A stretch of 64,000 nucleotides of DNA from the human T2T-CHM13v2.0 reference genome, Homo sapiens, in NCBI RefSeq assembly GCF_009914755.1, contig NC_060928.1; one strand, 5' to 3'. The stretch's first letter is position 1. Every line of letters starts with the position of its first letter. The notes beneath the pieces were generated by a model. That model worked only from the letters and a program-made list of their open reading frames with translations. It made no database searches and was not told the origin of the DNA. Position numbers and translations under genes: made by a program. Shown piece after piece: positions 27,578 to 41,576 of this stretch.

Positions 27578-30500
27578 GAGGTGACATTAGTGGGGATGGC
27601 AGAATGAAAACCTCAAATATCCTCTGCTCATTAAAAGCAACAAGAACACCACCACCACTTTTTAAAAAATCAACATTTTCAGAACTGTGGGAATTAACCA
27701 AAGACTTGCAACAATCGGAGGAGTGTTATTCAATAAAAATTTCTGAATTTCAGTGACAACAGTGAGCCTGTGGCAATTTAACTTGTCCCATTCCCATCCC
27801 TTAGTTCTGCAATAGCCTTAGTTCTCTCCTTAGTTCTGCAATAGCCTTGAAAACCAACAGCCTGCAATCATGGTGAAACCAGCAGCCTAGCAGTCACTGA
27901 TGAGAGTACAGGGCTAGAGCTTTTTCAAAGTCCCGTTCTCAGATAACCATCACCCCCTGACCTATCTAGAAATTCCTTGGAAAATCCAACTCCAAAGCTT
28001 GCGTTTATTGGACCTGAATCAAAGCTCACTCAGCTCTGATCTTTTTCCTGGGGGCATTTTAAAATAATCAGCAGCAGTTGTTTAACACTGCAGTTGCCTG
28101 ATATGGCAATAACAACTGGGGCAAACAACATGTGATTAAAGAACTTAAACAAAAAGCCTAGGAGTTAAGATATCTAAAGGGAAATTTGAAAAGCTACAAC
28201 AAATTCTTGGGAATCTAGGAGGCTATCTGCATGCAATGGTCTATGTGCATGTCAAGGACTATGTGTATACCCCGAAATTATAAAGAAGGCTCTAAGCACT
28301 CACCTCTGGCTGACCTTGAGCCTCTGCATGAGCAGGAAATGAAGGGAAAGGCAGAGATGCAAACTGCCTGCTGCCGCACTGATGCCATGCCCCCAACATG
28401 CATACAAGGCCACTCAGAAAATGGGAGACTTAAAGAATCTCTGTCCAATCATTAACTGGCCATTAAACTCAACATGCAGAGACTTTAGAGCTCACAGACA
28501 ATAAAGAATAAAGGCTTTTTTACAGGTACTTAGGCATGAGGTGGGAAGGAGAGGGCTCTCCCCCCACCCACCACTAGAAATGTTAGGTGACAGTTTGGCA
28601 ACTATCACATTGCCTTTCTAAAAGTGATAACTTGGCAGCTGGCACTAGGGAGAGGCCATTTCCTGATGGTCCACACCTATTGCACGACTGTTTTAACTGA
28701 ATGCAGATGCCAGAGAGAAGCAACTTCCTGGGGATATACATTAAGAGACAAGACGGCGGAGTACGAACTTCCGGGAGCACTCCATTAGAAAAGGGAAGAA
28801 AGCCTCAGATGGGCATGCGTACAACTTCCTAAACACACCCCATGTGCCCACTTCCCGAGGGTCAAGAGGGCACTGTGCATGCAGGCAGCCCACCCTAAGT
28901 GAAGAATCATGAGGAAGAGGCCAGCCTATAAAGTCCTAAGAACAAGGTTAAACACCACCCTTGATCTTAGTGCTCACTTGGGGCTCTTCTAAGCGTACTT
29001 TCCTTTCCTTTCCTTTCCTTTCTTTTCTGTTCTAAAGCCTTTTAAATAAACTACCACTCCTGCTCTGAAACTTGCCTGTCTCTTTTTCTGCCTTATGCCC
29101 TTCAGTTGAATTCTTTCTTCTGAGGAGGCAAGAACTAAGATTGCTGCAGACCCATATGGATTCGCGGCCAGTAACAGCTTCAAATGGTTAGTGCAGGAAA
29201 GCCATTAAACAAACATAATAACAATAAGTAGCAACAACAAAACACACTGATAGGAGAGAATCTAATTTCCAAAGTTGCCACACTGTATTATTTCAAATGT
29301 CTAGTTTTGAAATAAAAGTTATGTGACATGCAAGGAAATAAATAGTAAAAATAAGCGAGTCAACAGAAACAGTACCTGAGGAAACCACGATGTTGTACCT
29401 ACTAAAAATATTTTAAATCATCTATTTTAAACATGCTTAGTAAATTAAAGAAAACCACGTCTTAAGAACTAAAAGAAAATATAAGAACAATGTCTTAGCA
29501 AATTGAAATATCAACAAATAACTGTAAATAAAAACAAATAAATGCTTTTTGATATTATCATGGATTTTGCATCTATATTAATAAGGGATATACTTCTCTG
29601 GTTTTCTTATTACGTCTTTTTTATTATTATTTTCACCTCTTTACTTTTTTGAGATCTATTTCAATTTTCTATTTTATCTTGAGTTTTGGTAGTTTGTATG
29701 TTTCCAGGATACCATTTCATCTAGGTTATCAAATACATTCACATATAATTGTTCATAGTATTCCCTTTATAATCCTTTTAGTGATCAAAAAACATCCCAT
29801 AGAGTGAAACTCAGGACCAGAAGGCTTCACTGACGATTCTATTAAACATTTAAAGAAAAATCAATACCAAATCCTTCACAAACTCATCCAAAAAACTAGA
29901 AGAGAAGGGAACATTTTCCAACACAATCTATGAGGCCGGTATTACTCTGATATAAAAACTCATAGCACCAACATTACAAGAAAGAAAACTGCAGACTTAT
30001 CCTTCTTATGAATATAGATGCAAAATCTGTGATAAAATATTAACAATCTGAATTCAGCAACATATATAAAGGATTATCCACCATAGCCCAATGGGATTTA
30101 TCCCTGGAATGCAAAAATTACTTAAAATACAAAAATATATTAATGCAGTATACTATATTAATATAATAAAGCACATTAATATAATAAAACACAAAACCCA
30201 AATGATTATCTCAATAGACATAGAAGAAAAGCATTAGAAAATAATCAACATCCTTTCATAAAAAGGAAATACTCAAAAAAGTTGAAATATGAAGCTCAAC
30301 TCAATGAAGAATATTTATTAAAAGTCCACAGCTAACACCCTACTTAATTGTAAAAGACTGAAAGCCTTTTCCCTAAAATCAGGCACAATACAAGGATCTC
30401 TGCTCCCATCACTTCTAGTGAACATTTTTGGAGGTTCTATCCAGGACAAACAGGCAAAAAAGAAGAAATGAAAGGTATCAGGATTGGAAAGGAAGATGTA

Positions 30501-32507
30501 AAATTAACTCTATTTATAGATGATCTGAGATACAAAAAAACTTACGGAATCCATCGTCATAATAATAAAAACTACTAGAGCCAATAATGAATTTAGACAG
30601 TAGAAGATTGTCTAAATGAAATCAATGAAAATCAATTTTATTTATATATTACAATGAATAATCCAAAGATAAAATTTTGAAAAATTATTTACAGTAGCAT
30701 CTAAAATAGTAAAATATTTAGGAATCATTTAACAAAAGTGGTAGAAAACTTGGACACTGAAAGCTACAATAGTCATTGTAAGAAATTAAAGAAGAGCAAT
30801 ATAAATGGAAATACGTTCCATCATTATGAATTAGAAGAATTAATATTGTTAAGATAGCTGTATTAACAAAATTTTCCTACAGATTCAATGCAATCTCAAT
30901 CAAAACCCCAGATAACTTACAGAAATTGATGAGCGGATCCTGAAATTTAGATGAAAATGCAAGAATAGCCCAAACAATCTTAAAAACAGAGAACAAAATT
31001 TGAGAAATCACATTTTCCAAAATTAGTACAATTTCCAAACTTACCACAAAGCCATGAAAATTATGTAGTACTGGCATAAGGACAGATACATAGATAAATG
31101 AAAGGGAATTGAGAGTTCAAGATAATCTCTTACCTTTATAGGTAAGTCATTTCGGACAAAGGTACAAAGAAATCAAATGGGAAAAGAAATATCTTTCAAC
31201 AAATGGTGCTGGAACAACTGGATATCCACAAGATAAAGAATAAAATTGGGTCCATACCAAATAGCATATATAAAAATTAACTCAAAATGGATTACAAACA
31301 TAAATATAAAAGGTGAACCTATAAAACCCACAGAAAAAATAGATATAAATCTTGGTAACCTTTAATTAGGCCTTGATTTCTTAGATATGACACCAAAAGC
31401 ACAAATAATAAAAGAAAAAATAGATAAATTGGGTTTTATCAAAATTGAAAGCTTTTTTCCTTCAAGGAACACTATAAAGAAGGTCAAATATAATATATAG
31501 AATGGAGGAAAATATTTGCAAACCATCTTTCTGATAAGGGACTAGTCTCCATACTATATAAAATATTCCTACAACTCAGTAACAAAAAGTAGCCCAATAA
31601 AATGGGGACAAAGGACAAGAACAGACATTTCTCCAAAGAGATATGCAGTAACTAACAAGCACATGAAAAAAGCTCAACATTAGTAGCCACAGAAAAATGC
31701 CGATCAAAACCACAATGAAGTATCACTTCAAACTCATTAGGATAGCTAGAATAAAATGGATGGTAAACAACAGATGCCGGTGAGATTATGAAGAAATTAG
31801 AAACTTCATACATTGCTGGTGGGAATGTAAAACAGTGCAGTGGCTTGGAAAATATTCTGGCAGTTATTTAACAAGTTAAACAAACATAGAAGTTACTATA
31901 TGATCTAACAATTTCACCCTTTCTTATATACTCCTCAAAATGAAAACATATGTCCACTCAGACACGTGTATACAAATTTTCATAGCAATTCATAAAAATG
32001 TTATTCATCATTGGCAAAAAGTAGAAACAACTGAAAAGAAACAATGAAAAAAAACTCTCATAAACTGATGAATAAAAGTATGGATAGTGGATAAGCAAAA
32101 GTGGTACATCCATACACTGGAACTATTACTTAGCCATAAAAAGGAATGAAGTATTGCTGCATGCTGCAACATGAATGATCATGGAAATATTATGTTAAGT
32201 TAAAAAAAAAACCAGACACAGACACAAAAATATATTGGACGATTCCATTTGTATGGAAAACCATAGTAGCTACATCTATAGACACAGAAAGTAGATTAGT
32301 AATTTTCAGGGGTTGAGAAAAATGGAAGGGAATGGAAAATGAGTGCTAATGTGTGAAAAGTTTCTTTGAGGGATGATGAAATGTCCTGAAATTAGATCAT
32401 AGTAATGGTTGTACAGTTCTGTGAATATACTACAAAGCACTGAAGTATACACTTTATGAGGGTGAATTTTATGCTATGTGAATTTTATCTTAATAGAAAA
32501 AGAAAAA
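27578..32507 (+). mobile_element. Rearranged L1MB-like LINE (5'UTR, ORF1 start, ORF2 3' part, 3'UTR)
   Basis: ORF2 motifs 'caggaccagaaggcttcactg', 'atgggatttatccctggaatgcaa', 'aacaaatggtgctggaacaactggatatccac'; L1MB-type 3'UTR and A-tail at ~32495. Confidence 0.9.
28518..29176 (+). mobile_element. ERV1 solo LTR (LTR9/MER50-like)
   Basis: 'ttacaggtacttaggcatgag...gagagggctctccccc'...'gtaaca'; TATA-like 'cctataaa' and AATAAA; 4-bp TSD GCTT on both sides. Confidence 0.85.
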
Positions 32508-32700
32508 CAGTGATATAGAAAAGGCCAATGTCACAGTAGGCTAGTGGCACAATCTAAGGCTCCCTTTGTTGGCAAATGTATGACTTTGATTTCTGATGTC
32601 AGGGATAGAGTTAACATCTCCAGAACCATACAGGTTTTCTAGCAAATCTGGAAGAAGGTGGCATGCATACTGGTGAAGTTACAAACAAGTGTCCACTATA
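32508..32700 (-). mobile_element. MLT1-type LTR piece (other piece at ~27499-27577)
   Basis: Ends 'aacaagtgtccactata'; the upstream piece 'tgagttaagatgctcttggttacag' is a typical antisense MLT1 end. Confidence 0.5.
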
Positions 32701-33929
32701 CCCTGAAAGGCTGAAGAGTACAGCTAGACACAGAACGGGACATAGAGAGGGAATCTGAGACTTAGACTGGGTTGCATTCTTTTTTGTGGTTTAGTTATCA
32801 CCGCCAATAATGTCTTCCTTTTTCCACTTAAGCTTTTGGGTTGGGTTTCTGTCATTTGCAAGCAAAAATCTGGAATAATACCTGTATTTAAAGAAAAACA
32901 GCTCTCAAAATGGCTTAAACTAGTATAACACTGAAAATAGGAGTATATTGTATAGTGATGAGTGAAAGCGAAGATATGAGAGTGTTGTATTTCAATAGCA
33001 TTGGCCAGAAAGTTATTAATGGATAATTTAAGCTCAAATCCTTAATATAATGATTCTGAAGCTAGAGAAAAAATCTTGATAGTATCAAAGCTCAAAATGT
33101 TCAGGAAGAATATTACTGTGAATTATCAAGCCTGGTTGTTATGAGCAACCTGTGCTTGACTAATCTCTGTGTTTTAATGCAGTGAACAAGCTTTTATAGT
33201 AATGCTACTGAATTATTTTCTAGGCTACAGAATAAAGTAGTCCAAACAGGTTTTTATTTCCTTCCATATAAAACATGGCTTATATTCAGCTTTTTGAGAA
33301 ACAAAAATTTATTTTCCACCTAGTATTGCTTTCTTTTACTAAATAACTCAAATTAGTACAATTTTAATTTTTTTAATTTTGCTAATAATAAAATCAGCCT
33401 AAAGAAATTGTGCCAGAAATTTATACTGTATCTCCTCCAGCAATATACTTACTTACAGGGCCATGGTTATCAAATTCATTATTCATCTTTTAGTATCTAT
33501 TAAAATGTGTTTTGGGAGTGAAATTAAATTATTTACTCATAGAATAATTCATTTTTATGCTACATAGGTATAATTAATTTTAAAGAATAAAATAATTGGA
33601 TTGAATTGTATGCCTCTAGCCTCTAAAGGAAATCCAAAATATCTTAAATTAGTCTGATTAATCTTTCAGTAATAAATGAAAAATTAATATATAGGTATAT
33701 AACTTCCTACCTGTAAACAAATAAAGAACAAGTAAAATGCAAGAGGTGAATGAATTATCTTACTTAACAAATAAAAGTGCACATGATACACAATTACTGA
33801 CCTAACTCTAAATGATATCAAAAATAAACACTCATTGATAAATGAATAAATTCTTAGATACAGACAGATACATAAATAACAAAGGCAGATCTGTAGATAA
33901 TGAAAATTTTAGTGACCTATGGAAATTCT

Positions 33930-33931
<2 letters not shown>

Positions 33932-33962
<31 letters not shown>

Positions 33963-34244
33963 TTGAGACAGAGTCTTGCTCTGTTGCCCAAGCTGGAGTG
34001 CAGTGGTGGAATCTCAGCTCACTTCAACCTCTGCCTGCCAGTTTCAAGCAATTCTCCTTCCTCATCCTCTTGAGTAGCTGGGATTACAGGCACTGCCACT
34101 GTGCCCAGGTAATTTTTGTATTTTCAGTAGACATGGGGTTTCACCATGTTGGCCGGGCTTGTCTCAAACTCCTGACCTCAAGTGATCCTCCTGCCTTGGC
34201 CTCCCAAAGTGCTGAGATTACAGGCGTGAGCCACTGCGCCCAGC
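33932..34244 (-). mobile_element. AluS (Sx/Sz-like) with (GTT)n tail and 12-bp TSD
   Basis: 'ctcctgacctcaagtgatcc'; TSD tggaaattcttt at 33920-33931 and 34245-34256. Confidence 0.95.
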
Positions 34245-36158
34245 TGGAAATTCTTTAAAATAGGATTGTTGTCCAAAAATATTTGGATAAACTGGAGATC
34301 CAAATCTATTTTCACTAGAAGATATGTATGTGAGTGTATGAGAGAGAAACAGAGACAGAGAGAGGGAGAGTTAGAGGAAGAGAGAAGAAAAATAGCTCTA
34401 TGGGATGGAAAGTACAAGGCTTCTTGTTGGTAGCAGGGAATTCCTGACAATAACTATCTGACAATAGCTGGAAGGCTAAAAGTACAAAAAAAAAATCCTT
34501 TACTTTTTATAGGCAGAATAAACTGCAATTTGAAATAAATGGATTATTTTCTTAAAAAAAAAAAAACTGAACCCTTGTTTCCAGAAGTAAACACAGAAAA
34601 TATAATAATTTATCCAAATACATGTAGCAATTGCTTACAATATGCCACATAAAATATGTTACTGGTGTCTTGGAAGTTTTTTCCCTATTTAGTGGGACAT
34701 ACTGAATCTATGAGTATTGACTGTTTCATACTGATTATTTAGCCTTTGGCCAATTTTGTGAAATCAACAAATTGATAAAACAGTCTTCTGGTTAGTTGGA
34801 TTCAGTGTTTTAACACGCAATTTAGAATATTCCTATATAGTGGATTTTTTTTTGCTCTAGAAATGGGTTTAGTTGATTTATTTTTTGTATTTTGGCCCCA
34901 CAATAAGCCTGCTCACTCAAGGATCTTCAACAGTTAAGCTGTCTCTGTGTAACAAGCCCATGGTAGGCCTGATGCAGCAGTAAGAAATAAATGTGTCTAC
35001 AGCATAAAAGTGTTGTCTTCCGTATTGATAGGAAGACAGCTGAGTGTCAATGTGGCCTCCGCCCAAGCCTACTGGATGAAACAGCCCCATTTCTTGGCTG
35101 CTATCACTGAACAGGATTCTCAATACCTACAGGATACTTTGACTCCTGAATTGTGGGAGTGTCTCTGAGAAACATAGGGTGTCTTTACAGAGCTGTTTCC
35201 AGTCAATTATTTTATTCTCAATTCTTGTGACCTTTGCACTACTTGTTGGCTATTTGGGTGGTAAACTGAAATGAAACACCACGGATGCCAGTCAGAATTA
35301 ACATTCTTGCCAGTCTTCAAATCCAGTCCAGCATTTTGTGGTCTAACTCAGCTCATTTGCTATTCCACGAAGTAAGTAAGATTGGTTAAAATATTTTTGT
35401 ACTCCCACTGCTTGTGTCAGTGAAATTCAAATAAACAATCACAGGTTACATTAAGGATAATAACTACATAAGTCTAAATATATTTTGATGGAACAAATGA
35501 TATAAGTATAAGATATATAGGGAAAAGAAGATGCGTAGCTAAGAAATCTTTAGTATGCTAGATCCATCTACTAGTGAAAAACAATCCTTTAGCCCTAATA
35601 TCAACAACATGAATTGATGTACAACAAAATAAATAAGGTCACCGTTGTCTCAAATATATCCTTGTAATTTAGTAAGCATGAAAATATAAATAGAAACGTT
35701 AGCTCCCCCAGATTACCAACCACCTACTGCCTAGGTACCCATATCCTCAAAGTGCCAAAGTAAACCACAAAAATCAGAAGCATCCTCCTGGTGGATAAAT
35801 TTTATTGAAATATTTCATAACAAGTTGCTATATATTAACTTTTCTATAACATCAAATATTTTCTCATCAAAATCAGCATAGGTATATGTGGAGTAGAAGA
35901 TGAAATTTATTTGAATTTTACAAATTAAAAAAATGCCAAAGAAATGCTAGACATTCAGAGAGCAGTCTCCCTGTTTCACAATATTCACTCCTTTCCTTAT
36001 GACATGAGAAATACATTAATGAAAATATTTGAGAAGCATTAATACATGATTTTAAAAGTCACCATTATGAAGGTAATTAGTAAATGCTTTTAATACTAAT
36101 TAGAGTGACTAGAGAAAAATGCATCTAGTAGTCTACATTTACATTATACATTAAAAGC

Positions 36159-36559
36159 TGTCAGTGCCCCCACCCGGGGGCCCTTTACTTAGACAGTCAG
36201 CATCCTGCCTAGCTCCTATAAGTATTGGCTGCTAATAGCTCACAACTGCCCTCTATAGTGGAGAATTGCTTTCAGCCAATGAAAGCCATCTTACTTGGAA
36301 TGTCACAGCAGCCCCCAGACAATGGTTGACTGATAAGGAAGGACTTTCAGATTCCAGGACTGTCCCTGGGTCAGGCCCAAAGCTAAAGGCTGAAGCTGGA
36401 CTCCAACTGAGACCAAATCCATGCTTAACTTTTTCCATGTAAAAATAGAAGCCAGAGCATGCTTCCATCACTCCTTTTCTCCCAAGAGGGCTCTCCCAAT
36501 AAATAACTTGCACCAGAATGGCTAAGCACGTTCTGCTTCTAGAGAACCAGGTATAGGCA
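36159..36559 (+). mobile_element. LTR16-like ERVL solo LTR
   Basis: TG...CA; 'tggctgctaatagctcacaactg', 'ctcccaataaataacttgcac', 'tctgcttctagagaacc'. Confidence 0.7.
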
Positions 36560-37544
36560 TCATATTTATGTCTGTCTCCACACCTGATCTACCACTAATC
36601 TTATGAAATGCTTAAAATCTTTGTAGTTTGTCCTGCCCGTCTAGACCATGCTTCATGAGCTTTTATCTGTCTCTGGTTGTCTTTGACTTGACTTTTTCTT
36701 TCTCTTTGGATTGGTTTGGATGAGATATTATTTTTGTGAGCCTGGAAGGGAACTTTAGAGATAACTACAGGCAGTTGAGTGTCTCAACATATGAAAACTC
36801 AACCCATTTCAATGTATTATCATCCTTAAAATTAGCACATTTGTCTTTATGTCCAATTAAAATGTGTCCTTTCCTTCAAGCTTATTTTTTGTTCATAAGA
36901 TCTACTTATTTGAGAACATAAAGAATAGCTCCCTAGCAAGTCCCTCATAAAAATTTACCGACTAGATTTGTGTCTAGATCATTTTGCAAAAGCCAGTTTT
37001 TCAAAAGCCAATAAACCAGGCAATCCTGCAAATAACCAAATTTGCCAAGTTTGCTTGTTTTTTCAACTATTTAGTTTCAATTGGCTGATTCTCATTTGGT
37101 TTTCAAAAGAGGCCTACAGGCTTAGACAAATAAAATATACTTTATAGCATTTTTATGTGAGTATAATGCAAAGTAGTCAACTAAAATTAAATGCTTATTA
37201 AAAAACAAGCAAATTCTGTAAATTGATTGTCTGTTGGCTAAATGTTTGCATCTATTAGATACCTACCTAGGCCATATAGTCTCAATTTCTTCTGTATTTT
37301 CTACTGTTTAGAACTAATTTCCATCCATCCATAATTATCTAAGCTTTTCTGATGTCAGAAACATTGGGATATGGTCTGTCCTCAAATAGGTTCAAGTTTT
37401 TGTTATTTTTCCCACTTATTAGAATACAGATTGTTTCCAACTTAATTTTAGTACTACCTATATGTAATTACTTGAGAAATCCAAGGCAAAGATTTTGTTT
37501 TCTTCTTAAGAATTTTTTTTCAAGTTGGAAAAGTCACCCTTACC

Positions 37545-37745
37545 CGCCGATGGTGGGAATAATAATTGCTACCAACTGTACTAAAAACAGATTGGGAACA
37601 TTTATTAAAAGACTTAAAAATAATCTCACCCTTGGATCATTAATCCAATTTCTAGTAATTTTCTTAAATAATCGGACATGAGGACAAAGATTTGCTGAGA
37701 TATTAATTATAGCATTTTTATAAAAATTTAAATTTAAAAAACCCC
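37545..37745 (+). mobile_element. L1ME-like fragment
   Basis: 'gatggtgggaat...ccaatttctagtaatttt...aattatagcatttttataa'. Confidence 0.5.
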
Positions 37746-38179
37746 AGAAGTTCTAGTTTCAGAAATTGATGTTTCAGAATTCAAAACATGCTATCAATAA
37801 TTTAACCTTTCTTTGCCGCAGATTCTGTTCCTCTTCTTTATTTTTTTATATGGTGCTTCCCAGGACAATATCCTGTGCATTGACTCAAATTTTTTCAGAT
37901 GCCCTGTCCTGAAGAATTCTATGGCCAGAAAGCAGAGATAAGTTGACTAGTTTAAACTAATTAGGATCTATCTATGGCACTTCAAGCAAAAACAATCTTA
38001 CCCAAATCATAGGTTGAGAGTAAAGGAAAATTAGTTATTAAAAGAAAATTTTTCATAAAAATGAAGAATGATTTCTAGTGTCAGAAACTGAAGATGTCCC
38101 TCTATAATGATACACACTTGTGATCACGTAGCCATTAAAAGTTAGATAGTTAAAACCTGTTTAATTCTAGAGGACATGC

Positions 38180-38520
38180 TTAAGATTAAATGTTACATTA
38201 AACGAAAGCTGGGGAAATAGCCAAGTATGAGCCTCTGAGGCAGAATAGATTTTGACCTGTGAAGAATGAAGAGCTATATGAGTTCAGGCATAATGAAGGA
38301 GAGAAAATATTTATAAATAAGTCTGGAGAGGCAGGCAGAGGCCGAATCATGAAGCCTCTCATAGACCATAGTATTCATTTTAGTCTTTGTCCCAAGTTCA
38401 GTGAAAGACATCATAGAGTGTCTAACAAGAAGTCTGTATGATATAATAAATATTTTTTAAAGAACAGTCTGACAAATGTGTGGACAATGGATTAGGCAGG
38501 GGCAAGTATGGAAACAAGAA
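38180..38520 (-). mobile_element. L2 fragment
   Basis: 'tctggagaggcaggcagaggccgaatcatgaagcctc...tgtgtggacaatggattagg'. Confidence 0.6.
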
Positions 38521-41500
38521 TTAATACTTTTTTTTGGAACAACCAGGAACCTCATGTCTATTTAGCTATATGTTAAGCCCATTTCCAATGATCTCACCAT
38601 CACCTTATTACCTATGTTCTGCCATTAAGCACTCCACCATGTACACATCAGTTTTGCTGAGGGCAGGAACCATATCTACACATTTTTTGCATCTCTTTCT
38701 ATACCTAATATATCCTAGGCATTGCATGTTTGTGAAATCTCTGTCTGTGTGAGTGTGTCAAGACTTTGGAAAAGGTAAAGACTTTGGAAATTTCTGTAAG
38801 TTTTATTGAAACTACATACAATACACTTAAACTTTTTTCTATTAGCAAATATTACATTAAATAACACAGTGATCCCATCTTATCAAAAGGTACATTGAAT
38901 CTTAAACTATGATTTAATAATTTTTTAGAAATTACTGAGCCCAAAATATATTTGTGATAACACTATCATGAATAGTTTTTTAATAGCATTTATGTAAAAA
39001 ATGACTTAACTTTCATTGTTATACCTGATGCTTTCTGTAGTTAACAAAATTTTTATAGGCAAATATTACATAAAAGACTAAAAATATTAAAAAGGTACAT
39101 TTTCCATTGGTTCTCATAATATTTAGGTTGTTTTCCTGATATCTGAGCATATATGCAGTCAAGTTTTATACCTTTATATATAAATTTGAAGGAAAAGTTT
39201 TTCTAAGCAAAAGGCACCAGGCACTTAATATTTACTAAGCAAATATTTTCTAAGCAAAAGGCACTAGGCACTTAGTATTTACCAAAGTCTTTTGTAATCA
39301 ATATTTTTATATCAATTTTATAAAAGCCAAAATTAGGGGATAAAGAAATTGTTCAAAGTTATCTAGCTAATTGGTGGATTTAACTTTGACCCGTACATAT
39401 ATAGTCAAATCGCTATTTAAAAGTTTATGTTCTTGCTGTGGTTTCAAATACTTTCAGTGAACATTGAACATTTCTTATTCTCTAACGCGGGATTAGATGC
39501 TTCTCTTCTGGGCCCTTACAATACTTTATTCTCGCCTCTGTCACTGTATTTGTTTTACTACATTTTAGCAGCCTGTTTACTTGCCTGTTTTCCCAACAAG
39601 ATTATAAACTCCTTAAGTGTAGGAATTGTGTCTTTTTCTTAGGCACATAGTAAACACTTAAAAATTAATTTAAAATAAATGATATTAATATTTTAATATT
39701 AATTTAATATAAATGATATTATGATTTAAAGATATTTATTTTTTATAGTAGCTGATGAAAACAGCAAAGCCTTACCACTTATGGAAAGTCTTCAGCGAAC
39801 TAGAGCAACATAATTTCTTAGCACTATCCCATGAAAAGAAGAATTTGGAGTATATTTAAACACACACATGCAATATATAGCACATTTTTTTTGAAACATG
39901 GCCATTTGGCACTGCTTTAAAGAAGCCTCCTTAGGACTGATCTCAAGTACATATTCTTGAAGGGAAAAAAGCAGGGATAGGGGGGATGAACCTTCATATA
40001 GGCAAATTGGCATCATTTGATCATTTGTCCTTGGATAGCATTTCAGCCAAGAGAGACTCAAGACTGTGTTGGCACAGCCAAATAGCATTTAATGCCACTT
40101 GTGGGTATTTCAAAAATTTCATGGAAAAAATAGTTCTCAGGTTTCTTATTTAATAACATGGGTGGTTGCCAGTGATGAGAAAATGCCAAACCTATTTCAA
40201 TTTTGAGGTTTCAAATTGAATTTACTCAAAATAAATCTTATCATATCCCCTAAAAATAGTTGCTACTGAAGTCTTAGAGAAGTGTGTCACTTGTATACCC
40301 ATTTGTATTTGCAGAAATAATGCTAGAAACTTATTTTAACCTCAGTATTGTTTTGTTTATTCAATGAAACTTTGTTTAAATGGGTTTTGGTTCACTAGCA
40401 AAAATATGATGTATAGAAGAAGGAAAGATGAATTGTCCAAAATAGGATCCCAGAAAACTCAGGCATTGAGAGAGAAGGCACAAAATTAATTTAATTCTTC
40501 AACAAATATTGCAAAGCAGTTCACTCAAGATGGCCACCTAGTAAATTGCCACATTTCCAATTTAGTCAAATGTATGCTTTTTAAACACGCTTCTGATATT
40601 TTGAGTACTCTACTAAAGTGTTTTTGTGATCATAGACGTGTTTCACAGCTTTTTTTTCACCTATTCATTGAATAAAATTGGATAGATGGTTGTTTATATG
40701 GAAGTGCTATTTTTTCTTCATAAGAATCAAAATAATGATTAATCGCATTTATTCCTCAAACTTCTCCAAGCCAGACAGAAATCTCATTTAAAGGTTTCTT
40801 AGTAGCCTCTGGGGCAGTAAGCAGTGGCGTCCAATCTCTCTGTAACATGCAAAGTACGTTACCCTTCTCCTTTTCTGCTTTAGTTCCCTTTTCTTCTCCC
40901 TTTTCTCTCATAGCTTTTCAAGGTCTTTTGTTTGTTTTCTTTACATACCTTTTTTCCTCCTCTATCTTTTATTATTTCCAGGGAATTTTGGATTAATGTA
41001 ATTTAATGTTTCCTGTGAAGTATTGCGTAGGATCAAAATCATGAAGTCATTCAATAGACAAAGTCTGTTACCTGACACACTTTTATTCCCTTGATGTTTC
41101 CACACATTTTCCGTCCTGGGGTGGGGCCCATCATCCTCATGTTTTCTGTCTTTTGTTATTCCTGTGAATTTCCCTGAACTAATCCCACTTAATGGCATAC
41201 AGTCTAAATTACAGGACAGAGACTTCTTCAGAGCTGACTGACACAAGCAAAGCAGAGCCCAGGCTAGCTAGGAGAAAAGCAGAGGAAAGAAAGCTAAAGG
41301 AGCTGCTCTCTTTTTATTCCTTATATTTATTCTTGATGATCATAAGCCCCCATCCATCACCTTTTGTGCAGAGATGGGTTCAAATTTTCTGCAGCCTCAT
41401 CCTAAAATAGGCACTGTTTTAACTACGTATCTTCATTTTTTGTCAAATCAGGTCTTCCTTTGAAGCTAAAGACCGCTATTAGGAAACAACTTTCACCCCT

Positions 41501-41546
41501 ATTTGCTTAATAATGTGCTTACCTGTCTTATTCCCAGATAATACAA

Positions 41547-41576
41547 ACACACACATACACACACACACACACACAC
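41547..41576 (+). repeat. Interrupted (CA)n microsatellite
   Basis: Seen directly. Confidence 0.9.
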
